Assembly (NCBI GenBank): GCA_007120685.1
Contig: SKNG01000413.1
Location: 1 to 36,602 of the forward strand
Direction: 5' to 3'
DNA: 36,602 nt
DNA from: Paracoccaceae bacterium
GTDB taxonomy: Bacteria; Pseudomonadota; Alphaproteobacteria; Rhodobacterales; Rhodobacteraceae
The position numbers and the translations under genes are program-made. Positions 1 to 12,000 of the stretch are shown here, piece after piece. Within the stretch, counting starts at the first letter, position 1; every line of letters begins with the position of its first letter. Below the pieces are notes generated by a model. That model saw only the letters and a list, made by a program, of their open reading frames with translations. It did no database searches and had not been told where the DNA came from.

Positions 1-1
1 C

Positions 2-3000
2 GATGCCGCGGGCCTTGGCGCCACGGCGCTGGCGCAGGCGCCCGATGGCAGCATCCTGATCGCCGGCGGGCTGGGGCGCGGCGCGCTTTACCGGCTGGCG
101 GAAACGGGCGGCGCGGCCGGCCCGCCCTTCGCGCAACTGGGCGAGCCGATCTATGATCTGGCCTTTGGCGCCGACGGGCGGCTGTGGGCGGCCAATGGCG
201 CGCAACTGCTGGAACTGAACCCCGCCAGCGGCGCGGTGCTGGCCCGCCACGGCGCCGGGCTGACCCAGGCGCTGGCGATCGACCCGGCCAGCGGCGCCAT
301 CTACATCACCTCGGGCCGGGGGATCGAGCGGTTCGACCCGGCGAGCGAAAGCTTCACATCCTTCAGCCAGCAGCGCGCTGGCGATCTGGCCTTTGCACCC
401 GATGGCAGCCTCTGGGCCGCCGCCTGGCCCCAGCGCGGCGCGATCCTGCGGTTCGACGATCAGGGCCGGGCCGAGGAGATGCTGCGCCTGCCCGGGCCGG
501 TGGACGGGCTGGCCTTTGGCGCGGCGGGCACGGCGCAGGAGGGGCTGCTCTTCGTCTCGACCAACCGCGACACCTCGGGCGATCCGGCGGGGCGCTCGGC
601 GCTCTACCTCGTCGATCTGGCGACGCGCGACTGGCTGGTGCTGGGGCAAAGCCCGGCGCGCGGCGACAACCTGCTGGCGCTGGGCGACGGGCGCATCCTC
701 TCGGTGCAGGGCGCGCAGGTCGATGTGCTGAACCCCGTCGCTGCGCCGTCGATCATCGGCATCACCCCCGCCAGCGGCCAGATCGTCACCACGCCGGTCA
801 ATACCATCACCCTGCGTTTTGACAGCGCCATGCTGACCGGCGATGGCACCGAGCGGGGATCGGTGCTGAACCCCGACAACTACCTGCTGGCCAACCGTCA
901 GGGCCAGATTATCCCGGTCACCGGCCTGGCATGGGATGCCACTAGCCGCAGCGTGACCCTGAGCGTCGATGCGCTGGGCACCGAGGAATACCTGCTGGCC
1001 ATCGCCCGCCAGCTTTCCAGCGAGGCCGGGGTGACCCTGGCACAGCGGGTCGAGACGCGGTTTTCGGTGATGCTGGATTTCTCCGACCGCGTGTCGCTGG
1101 CGTTTTCCAACGTGCGGACCTCGGCGCAGGACGGCACGCTGCGCTATGACGTGCGCATCACCAACACCAGCGGCGCGCCGCTGCCGGTGCCGATGCGGCT
1201 GGTGCTGGACCCCGACCGCGCCTTTGGCGGGGCCGCCCTTGGCGCCGAACAGGCCGGGCCGCTGTGGCTGCTGGACCTGTCGGACGCGCTGCCGGATGGC
1301 AACACGCTGGAACCCGGCCAGTCGATCACCACCACCCCGGTCCTGGCCCTGCCGCGCGGCGCGCAATTCGGCATCGGCCACGCGCTTTACGCGCTGCCGC
1401 AGCCCAACGAGCCGCCGGAACTGACCGAAGAGCTGCCGGAGCGCGCCGAAGTGGGCCAGACCCTGACCCGGCAGTTGCAAGCGCGTGATCCCAATGGCTC
1501 GGAGGTCGCCTTCCTGCTGCTGGAGGGGCCAGAGGGGCTGAGCCTGACGCCGCAGGGCCTGTTGAGTTTCACCCCCACCGCCGCCACCGATGCCGAGGTG
1601 CTGATGCGCCTGCGGCTGATCGATGCGCTGGGCGCCTCGCGCGATGTCGCGCAGGTGATCGCGGTTGACGGCGGCAACCGTCCGCCGGTGTTCCTGATCG
1701 CGCCGGGGCAGGTCTTCGCGGTCGAGGGGATGCCGCTCGTCCAGCCCTTCGCCGCCGCCGACCCCGATGGCCGCGCCGTGGCACTGCGCTTCCAGAACCT
1801 GCCGCCTGGCGCGTTTTTCGACGCCGCGCAGGGCGCGCTGGTCTGGATGCCGGAATACGGGCAGGCGGGCAGCTATGCGGATGTGCGCGTGATCGCCTCG
1901 GACGGGCTGGGCGAGACGGTGCATCGCTTCGACCTGCTGGTGGCCGAGGCCGCCGCCCCGCCGCTGGCCGCCCCACCGTCCGAACGGGTGGTGCGCGAAG
2001 GCGACCGGCTGCGCGTGCAGCTTCTGGCCAGCGACCCGCGCGGCGCGGCCCTGCGCTTCGGCAGCCCGGCGCTGCCGGCCGGGGCCAGCATCGACCGCGA
2101 CAGCGGGCTTTTCGAATGGACGCCCGGTTTCACCGATGCCGGGCGCTACCGCATCCCCATCGTGATCTCCAACGGCGCGCGCAGCACCACGGTGCATCTG
2201 CCCATCGAGGTGCTGAACGTCAACGCGCCCCCGGTCTTTGCCCCGCTCGATGAGATCGCGCTTTTCGAGGGGCAGGCGCTGGATCTGGCGCTTGCCGCCT
2301 TCGACCCCGACAACCCGCGCCACGCCGGGCCGGTGCGCATCGGCGATACGCTGGTCAATGAGGAAGAGCGGTTTACCGAACCCAGCCTGACCCATGCCAT
2401 TCAGGGCCTGCCCGAGGGCGCCAGTTTCGATGCCGAAACCGCCCGGCTGACCTGGGTGCCGGCGCGGGGCCAGGCGGGGCGATATACCCTTACCGTATCG
2501 GCCACTGACGATGGCGACGGCACCGGCCAGCCCGCCACCACCACGCAGCAGATCGTGCTGCGGGTGATGCCGGTCAACAGCCCGCCGGATCTGGCGCCCT
2601 TGTCCAACCGCAGCGTCGATGCCGGCTCGGTGCTGGAGATCCCGATCAGCGCCAGTGACCCCGAGGGCGACCCGCTCCGCCTGACCGCCATGATCGCACC
2701 CGCACCCGGCGCCGGCTCCATCGGGCTGGATCTGCGCCCGCGCGCGCTGGGGGCGGAAGGCAACGGGTTCGGCCAGTTCAACGGGTTCGGCCAGTTCATC
2801 GACAATGGCGATGGCACCGGGGTTCTGCGCTTCAGCCCGGTGGCCTTCGACCGGGGCAATTACATCGTCACCGTCATGGCCGAGGATGATGGCGGCGGCG
2901 AGCCGGCGCTGGTGGGCCGCGACGAGGTCAGTTTCGTGCTGAGTGTCGAGGCGCCGTCGATCCCGCCGCGGCTTCAGGTGATGGCCCAGGCGGTGGCGGT

Positions 3001-6000
3001 GGCGGGGCGCGAGCTGCGGGTGCCGATCCGCGCCATCGACCCCGACCAGGACCCGCTGAGTTTCAGCGCCGAAGGGCTGCCAGCGGGCGCCCGCATCGAC
3101 ACCCTGCCGCAATACGGGCGCGCCGAACTGGTCTGGACACCGGGCACCGGCGACATCGGCACGCGCGATGTGGAACTGATCGTGCGCGACAACGGCAACA
3201 ACGGCGCCGGCCCCGTGGGCGAGGACCGCGCCACGCTGCGGCTGGTGGTGCGCGCCGCCAACACAGCCCCGCTGCTGCTGCCGGTGGGGGATCTGAGCGT
3301 CGATGCGGGCGCGGTGCTGGACCTGACCCTGCAGGCCGTCGATGCCGACGAGGACGTGCTGCACTGGCAGGCCCAGAACCTGCCCCCCGGCGCCACGCTG
3401 GACCCGGCAACCGGCCGGCTGCTCTGGGCGCCAGATCATGGCGCGGCCGGGGTGTATCAGGGCATCATACTGCGCGTCACCGATGGCGCCGACAGCAGCA
3501 GCGAAGAAATCACCATCACCGTCAACGCCGTCAACCGCGCGCCGGTGATGGTGCCTCTGCCCATCCAGTTCGGGCGCGAGGGGGCCGAGATGACCTTCCG
3601 CCTGATCGCCGCCGACCCCGACGGCGACCCGCTGGTGTTCGAGGCCCGCGACCCGCTGCCCCCCGGCGCCAGCCTGGACAGCGCCACCGGCGTCTTCCGC
3701 TGGGTGCCGGGTTTCGATGCTTCGGGCGTGCGAGTGCTGAACTTCGCCGCGCTGGACCCGCAGGGTTCCGAGGCGCTGGTCGCGGTGACGCTGGACATTG
3801 CCGATGTGAACCGCGCGCCGGTGCTGGCCGCCGACAATCAGATCGCCTTCCTGGGCGAGGAACTGCGCTTTGCCGTCCAGGCCAGCGACCCCGATGGCGA
3901 CGCGCTGAGCTACGCCTTCACCGGCCTGCCCCCCGGTGCGGTGTTCGACGCCGCCACGGGCGCGGTGCGCTTCACCCCGGGGCCGGGGGCGCTGGGTGAA
4001 TATGTGGTCACGGCCAGCGTGTCGGACGGGCGCGCGCAGGCCAGCCAGCCCTTCATCCTGCGCGTGCTGGCCGAAGCGCAGGCCCCGCGCCCGCTGATCG
4101 TCACCACGCCGGATTTTGCCGTGCTGCCGGGCCAGCGCGTGTCGGTCACCGTGCTGACCGACAGCTTCCTGCCGGTGGCGGCAAAGCGCCTGCTGGTCGA
4201 TGGCGCGGAACTGGCGCTTGATGTCGATGGCCGCGCCCAGATCACGCCCACCGGCCCGGGCGTGCTGGTCCTGCGTGCCATCGTCACCGATGCCGCCGGG
4301 CAGGAAGGCGTGGCGGAAACCGTGATTCGCGTGCGCGACCCCGAGGATACCGCCGCGCCCATCGTCACCCTGCCGCCCGCGCTGGGCCGCCTGCCGCTGT
4401 CTGCGGCCACCGAAATCGCCTTCGGCATCGAGGATCGCAATCTGGACCACTGGCGGCTGGAACTGCGCCACGCCGCCAGCGGCGCGACGCGCCTGCTGGC
4501 CGAGGGGCGCGAGACCGGCGCGCAGGCGGTCACGCTGGACCCGGGCCAGTTCGCCAGCGGCTTCTACAGCCTGCATCTAAGCGCCACCGATGTCAGCGGG
4601 CGGCAAAGCGCCACCTCGGTCGCGCTGGAACTGCTGCCCGGCGCCCGGGACGACCACGCGATCCTGACCCAGACCGATCTGGTGCTGCGCGCGGGCGAGA
4701 ACACGCTGGCCCTGACCCGCCAGCATGACGCGCTTGCCAACCCGCAGGACGGGCTGATGGGCAGCGCCTGGCGCGCGCCCTGGCAGGATTTCCGCATCGA
4801 GACTGACCCGATGTCCACCGGCCGGGCCGAAGGCGGGTTGCCGCGCGGGCTGGGCCGCGAATCGCGCTTGCACCTGTCTTTGCCCGATGGCAGCCGGGTG
4901 GCTTACGGTGTGCGGATTGAGACCGAAAGCCTGGCCGGGCTGCAACTGGCGCGCCCCGTCTTCGTGCCCGACCAGCCCGGCGGCTGGCAGCTTGAGGCCC
5001 GCACCGGCCCGCTGATCGCCGCCGGCGGGCGGCTTTATGACCTGCAAAGCGGGCAGGCGCTGGACCCGCAGGCGCTGGACGGCTTCGCCTTTGCCCTGAC
5101 CGCGCCCGATGGCACCGAATACACACTGGACGGGCGCGGGCGCGTGCAGGCGATTCGCTTTGCCGATGGCACCGCCTTGCAGCTTTCCGACAGCGCCATC
5201 ATCGGCCCCGAGGGCGTTCTGGCCGATCTGACGCGCGACCATCGCGGGCGGCTGGTCGAGGTCTCCTCCCCGCAAGCGCGGCTGCTTTATGGCTACGCCA
5301 ACGGGGGCCTGCTGGACCGGGTGCGGCTGGTCGGCGGCACCGAGACGGCGCAATTCGCCTATGACCCCGATGGCCGCCTGCTGGGTGCCACGGGGGCGGA
5401 TGGCGGCTGGATCGACGGCGATACGCTGCGCCCGCTAAGTGGCAGTTTCGGCCCGCTGGCGGTCTCGGCGGGCAGCATGCAGACGGTAAACCTGGGCGCG
5501 GACGGGCAGGGCGTGCTGGCGCTGACCCTGCGCGGCAGCGAACTGGCCGGGCCGGGTGGGCGCGTGCTGCTGGGCCTGCGGCTGGCCGGCGATGCGGCGA
5601 CGCCGCGCGTGCTGAGCGGGCTGGACCTGCTGTCCAGCGAAACCACGGGCGGGGTGCGCACCCATATCGTTGCCGTCCAGACCGCCGGGCTGCATCTGAT
5701 CGCGCTCGATGGTGCCGCCGGGGCGGGGGTGCAGGCGACGCTCTTCCTGCCCGGCGATCTGGATGGCGACGGGCGGGTGGACGGGCGCGATGCCGAACGC
5801 TTTGAGCTTGGCCCCGTGGATATCACCGGCAACGGTGCGGCCGGGGTCGCCGATGCCCGGATCATCGCCGCCAATGCCGGTTTCGCCACCAACCTGCCGC
5901 CGGTAATTGATGCCGAACCCGCGCGCACCTTCACCGACCTGCCCTTGCGCCTGCCCATGGCCGATCTGGCCAGCGACCCCGAAGGCGACCCGGTGTTCCT

Positions 6001-9000
6001 GCGCGTGGCCTATGCCATCGACGGCAGCGCGGCGCTGGCCCCGGACGGGCGCAGCCTGACCTTTACCCCCGCGCCGGGCTTTGCCGGCACCGCGCTGGTG
6101 GGGCTGGTGGCCGATGACGGCTTCGCGGCTTCCGCCGTCTACGACCTGGCCATCGAGGTGATCGACGAGCGCCCCTTCGCCATCGACTTCCTGACCCGAG
6201 AGACCGAACTGGAAATCGGCGGGCTGACCGAGTTGCTGGCGGTGGGCGATTTCCCCTCGGCCAGCGGGGTGCTTCTGCCGCTGTCCTATCTGGACCTGAC
6301 CTTCTCGGCGCCCGAGGTGCTGGACCTGCGCGCGGACGGGCTGATCCGCGGGCTGATCGAGGGCGCCAGCCTTATCATCGCCGAACGCGATGGCACCCGT
6401 GCCGTGACCCGCGTGACCGTCGGCAACGAAAGTCTGGAGGATCTGGCCGACGCCCTGCTGGGGCTGGAGGTGGTGCCCGGCGCGGTCACGCTGGCCGCCG
6501 GCAGCGGCAGCCTGGCGCTGCGCTTCCTCGATGACTTCGGCACGGTGCTGGAGCCAGAGCCGGATGCCATCGCCTTCTTCAGCTCCAACGATGCGGTGGT
6601 GACGGTCGATGCGCAGGGCCGGCTGCAGGCGGGCGCGCCGGGCGAGGCGGTGGTGACGGTCATCATGGGCAGCCTGGAGCGGCTGGTGCCGGTGCGCGTG
6701 GCCGAGCCGCAGACCGGCGCGGTGGCGATGGGGCGCGACGGCGGGGTGATCGCCAGCGAAGAGGGCATCACCGTCGCCATCGCCCCCGGCGCGCTGGGGC
6801 GCGAGGTTTCGGCGCAGATCGACCGCGTGGCGCGCGCGGCGCTGCCCATCGCCCCGCCGCCCGAGGATCTGGGCTGGGACTTCGTCGATGCCTTCCGCTT
6901 CACCATCGACGATGCGCTGATGGCGGTGCCGGCGCAGTTCAGCCTGCCCACCGACCTGCCCGAGGGCGAGGAGGTGGTGATCTACCGCTACGCGCCCTTG
7001 CCGGGGCCCGATGGCTGGGTGATGGGCTGGCAGCAGGTGGCCAGCGGGCTGGTCGGCGCCGACGGGGTGGCGCGGTCCGAGGGCGGCTATGACCTGGGGC
7101 TGGTGGCCAACAGCTTCTATGCCGTCACCAACCCGCAGGAACGCGGCGTGGCCCGGCAGGGCGGCACCGCCTTTGCCGCCTTCCCGCAGAACAATGCCGC
7201 GATGGGGGCGGTGATGGCGCTGCCGGGCGGCATTCATGTCGGCGCCACCGCGCCGGCGCCGCGGCTGACGCTGCATATGCCCATCGGGCAAATCCAGATC
7301 ACCTTCAGCGCCATCGCGCCCTCGGGCCTGGTGGAAAGCATCACGCAGACGGTCAATGCGGTGGTCGGCGGGCTGCTTGAAGCCTTTGACGTGTCGATCT
7401 TCAACATCGGACAGGTGGCCGATCCGGCCGATCTGGTGCCTGTCATCACCGGCAGCGTGGTCGACAGCGACGGCGACACCATCACCCTGACCCTGCGCGG
7501 TGAGGAATTCGCCCCGCGCAGCCCCGATCTGGGCGAGGCCATCGAGGTGCCCGACGATGGCGGCGCGGTCTGGCTGGCGCTGGGGCGCGGCGATATCGAG
7601 GCGTTGCTGGTCGCCATCGCCGAGGCCGAGGAAGGCGCCGAGCGGGTGGAAGCCGGCGGCATGATCGCCATCGCCGTGCCCGCGGATCAGGTCAGCGACA
7701 CCGAACTGATGGTCGATCTGCCCGAGGGGCTGGGCGTGTCGGTGCTGGAACTGCGCGTGATCCGCTTCGATCTGGCGCTGGAAAGCGCGCAGTTGCAGGG
7801 CGGGGTGGCTGCGGGGGCCACGGCGGGCGGGGTTGGCGATACCTTCCTTGGCCCGCGGCCGCAGATTTCGGACCTCTGGCGGCTGAACAACAACAACGAC
7901 GTTACCGTGGGACTGGTGGCCAATGGCGCCTTCCGCGACCTGGCGTTCGGGGTGGATCAGATCGTCGTCATGGGCGCTGATGAGCCCGGCGCCCCGCCCG
8001 ATATCCTGCGCCGCATCGCGCTGGACGGCTGGCCGGACGCGCGCCCGGGCGACCCCGACGAGCCCGACCCCCGCGGCACCGCCCTGCCGCGCAGCGCCGT
8101 CACCTTCGACGATGGCGCCCGCGCGGTGGTTGCGATGGAACGCGCCGGCACGCTCGCGCTGGTCAACCTGGTCACCGGCGAGCAGGCGGATCTGCTGGAC
8201 CTGTCCGCGCTGGGGCGCGAAAGCGGCGACCCCGGCGCCCGCGCCCGCGCGGTGCCCTATCACATCATCCTCGACCGCTCGAACCGCTATGCCCTGGTCA
8301 GCGATGCGCAACTTCCGCTGATCTATCTGGTCGATATCAGCGGCGAGAAACTGGTGCATCTGGGCACCTTCGACACCGGGCTGGAAGGCTTCGGCCTGCG
8401 CGAAATCGCGCTGACTCAGGACGAGGCCGCGCTGGTGGTAACCGCCACGAACGGCGTGCCCCATGATGGCCAGGGCGAGGGGCGGCTGGCCTTCATCAGC
8501 ATCCTGGAGTTCGGCTTCTTCGTGAACGAGGTGCTGGCGGGGACGGCCGATTTCGTCACCCAGGTGGAAACCCAGGCCGGCAACGGCGCCGCCCTGCGCC
8601 AGCCCTACGGGTTGCAGTTGCGCCGCGATGTCAGGGGCCAGGACATCGCCATCGTCACCGACCGAAACAACGACGCGGCTGGCGTCTTCACCTTCCAGCG
8701 CAAGGATGCCTTCTTCTGGGAGGCGCGCGCGCAGGTGCCCTTCACGCTGGCGCCGCCGATCCCCTTCAACCACCCGCTGGCCGGCGCCATGCGCCGCGAC
8801 AGTTTCGAGGTCAACAACGCCGCCCAGGTGGTGCTGGCGCCGGATCTGTCCTACGCCTTCGTCATGGGGCAGAACCGGTTCGCGCTGGACGATGTCACCC
8901 GCAACCCCAATTACCGAGCCTCCATCCTCAGCGTCTTCCCCAATCTCTTCAACGCCGGCGAGCCGCGCCCGGCGGTGGCGGCGGGCTCGGCCATCGCGGT

Positions 9001-12000
9001 GATCGCCGATCCGCTGGGCGAGAACCCGGCCCTGGTGGGGGCGCTGCGCCCGGTTTCCAACGCCTTTGCCACGCGGCTGGCGGTCTCGGGCGACGGGCTA
9101 TACCTCTACGCCTCTTACGAGGGGCAGAACGCCATCTTCGCCTACAGCCTGCCGGCGCTGCTGGCGCAGCTGGAGGCGACGGAAAATGAGCCGCTGCTGC
9201 GCGGCTTCAACCCGCTGAACGACATCGGACCCGATGGCAGCAGCCTGATCAACTTCTCGTTCACCGCCGGCTTCGGGGCCGAGTTGCGCCAGGGCGTGAA
9301 CCTGGACATCGACCTGCGCGCCGATTTCGCCTGGTGGGATGATGACGGCGCGTTCGCGCAGCGCCCCTCGGCCCCGGGCTCGCCCAATGCGCCGATCGGC
9401 ACCGGCGCGGTCAGCCGGCCGCAGGGGATTGTCAGCCAGGCGCCGGTGATCGGGCTGATCTCGCCCCAGCGGGACGACAGGGATGTCGGCCCGGTGGTGA
9501 CCTTCGAATGGTCGCTGGGCGGGCAGTCGCTGGATCATACGCTCTGGGTTTCGGTGCAATCGCCCGGCGGCGGGCTTTTCGCCGGCGAAAGCGACAGCGC
9601 GCTGATCGATGCGCTGCGCGATGCGGGCTTCCGCGAAGGGGTGTTCGAGGACGACCCCACCGCCTCGGATCTGTTCATGGACGGCAACCGCAACCGGGTC
9701 TTCGCCAAGCAGTTCCCCGGCACCACCGAAGAGGTGCTGCGCTTCACCCTGCCGTTCCCGCTGACCCGCGGCCAGGTCTATGCCTGGGGGATTTCGGTCA
9801 ATGACGAGGGGCGGCGGCTGCAGACCATGTCCGACGTCTTCCGCGTCGCCCCGGCCGAGGCCGAGGGCACGTTTTCCTCGGTCACGGTGCTGACCCATAA
9901 CTTCCACCCCTTCTGGGGCCCACCCCCGACCGAGGCGGCGATCTTCGATCTGGCCCAGCAGATCGCCCGGCGCAATGACGGCATGGTGGCGGTCTACCAG
10001 CCGGAAACCGGGCAGTGGCTTTCGGCCACGCCGGGGCGGGATCTGTCCGATCCGCGCGGGGCGCTGGTGCTGCTGACCGACTGGTACCGCGAAAGCGCGA
10101 TCAACGATTCCGGCTTCACCGAGGCCGCGGCCAGCGCGATCTTCGCCGGCCTGATGCATCTGAACGAGGAAACCGGGCCGGACCTTTTCAGCCTGCCGAT
10201 GCATTTCATCGGCCACGGGCGCGGCGCGGTGGTGAATTCCGAAATCGTCGAGCGGCTGCTGTTCCATGTCGGCAAGACCATGCCGGACCTGCATTTCACC
10301 GCGCTCGATCCGCATGACCACGACATCCCGTCGCTGGCCATCGACTTCGAAGCCTTCGCCAAGGCCAAGGCCCGGGGGGCGCTGCGCAAGACCATAAAGC
10401 TGGGTGTCGGCGCGCTGGCCACCCGCAATCCGATCCTGGCCTGGAATGGGGTCAAGGCCTTCACGAAGAGCATCCTCTATTCGGGCCTGGGCGATTTCTC
10501 GCGCGTGATAGGGCTGCAATATCTGGACTGGCGCAGTTTCCGAGATCCGCAGATCACCTATTGGGACGGGATCGACTTTTTCGACAGCTACTATCAGCAG
10601 CGCGCGGTGATCGACGCCTCTGGCGTGCTGCCGCTGCTGGCGACGTCGAACTGGGGCCCGGGGGCGCTGTCGCGGCTGCAGGTCGATCCGCTGGCCGAGG
10701 CGGCGCGGGTCCTGCGGCAAACCAGCAAGGGGCTGGACCCGAACGAGGTCAACTTTACGCTTTCCGTCTGGGGCCGGCAGATCCCCGAAGCCGACATCAA
10801 CCGCAGCCTGGACCGCCTGCCCGGCTTTGTCGAGGATGACATCTGGCCGCTGATCGCCCGCTACACCGGCTTCAGCGGCGGGCTTGGCACGCTGCACGAG
10901 CGCACGCTGGCCTGGTATGCCGGCACCGCGGCGCTGAACATCGACCGGATCGGGTCGGTCTATTCCGACGGCGAGCCGATCTGGCGCCGGCTGAGCGACC
11001 GCGGGGTAGAGACCGATGGCTGGCTGGTGGGTGTGAAATCCCGTTACTATCCGCCCTATTTCGACGAGATGGAGAACCTTCAGGGCTGGTATCGGGCGTT
11101 CTCGGACGTGGAACGCTTCGGGCTCTTCCGTAATGCCGAGGGCGAGACGCCGACTGGCCCGCTGGTGGACGGCTACCCGTGGGAGGGGATCGGCGAGGGC
11201 TGGTTCTATTCCTGGCTGGGCGGCGGTGCCGGGTCGTTTACCGTGCGCGGCGTGCAGGGCGAGCGGCCAGAGGCGCCGGGCGCGGCCGGGGCCGAGCGGC
11301 CGGTTGCGGGCGAGTTCAACAACACCCGCCACGGCGCCCAGGCCGATCCCATCCCGATAGTGTTCAACGGCGATTTCCAGGCCGGGTTCCGGCCCTATTA
11401 CGGGCGGATCGTGGCGCCAGGTTTCCTGAGCGCCGGGCTCGGTCTCGCCGGGGCGGCGCCAGAGGGGACGCTGGAATATCAGTTCCCGGGCTGGTCCTAT
11501 CAGGGCGGGCAGATCGACGGGCTGCTGGGCTTGCGGCTGCAGGTGCCGCAGGTGGAGGCGCTGATCGACGGGCTGGGCATCAGCCCCGACGCAGCAGCGG
11601 CCTTTGTGCAGGGGCTGGACGGGATGCTGGACCTGGTTCGCATCCTGACCGATACGCTGATCAGTGGCGGCACCATGACCGACGCGGTGCGCGCGGTTCT
11701 GGCGGCGGCGGATTTCCGGGCGTTCTTCGACGGTCGCATCGGGCTGGACGATGTGCGCGCGATCACCCAGACGCTGCACGAAACCTCGCTTTACACCACG
11801 TCGAAATATTCGCTCTTCACCGATTTCCGGCGCGAGTTCACCGATATCGCGCTCAGCGGCCCCAACCTGCTGCTGCCCTTCGGCATCTACGGCGCCACCA
11901 GCGGCGCGATCCAGGATTTCGCCACCGATGTGTTGCCGCAGCTGATGTTCTGGCTGCAGGCCAATGCCATCGACTATCACATGAGCCTGGTCAGCCGGGG

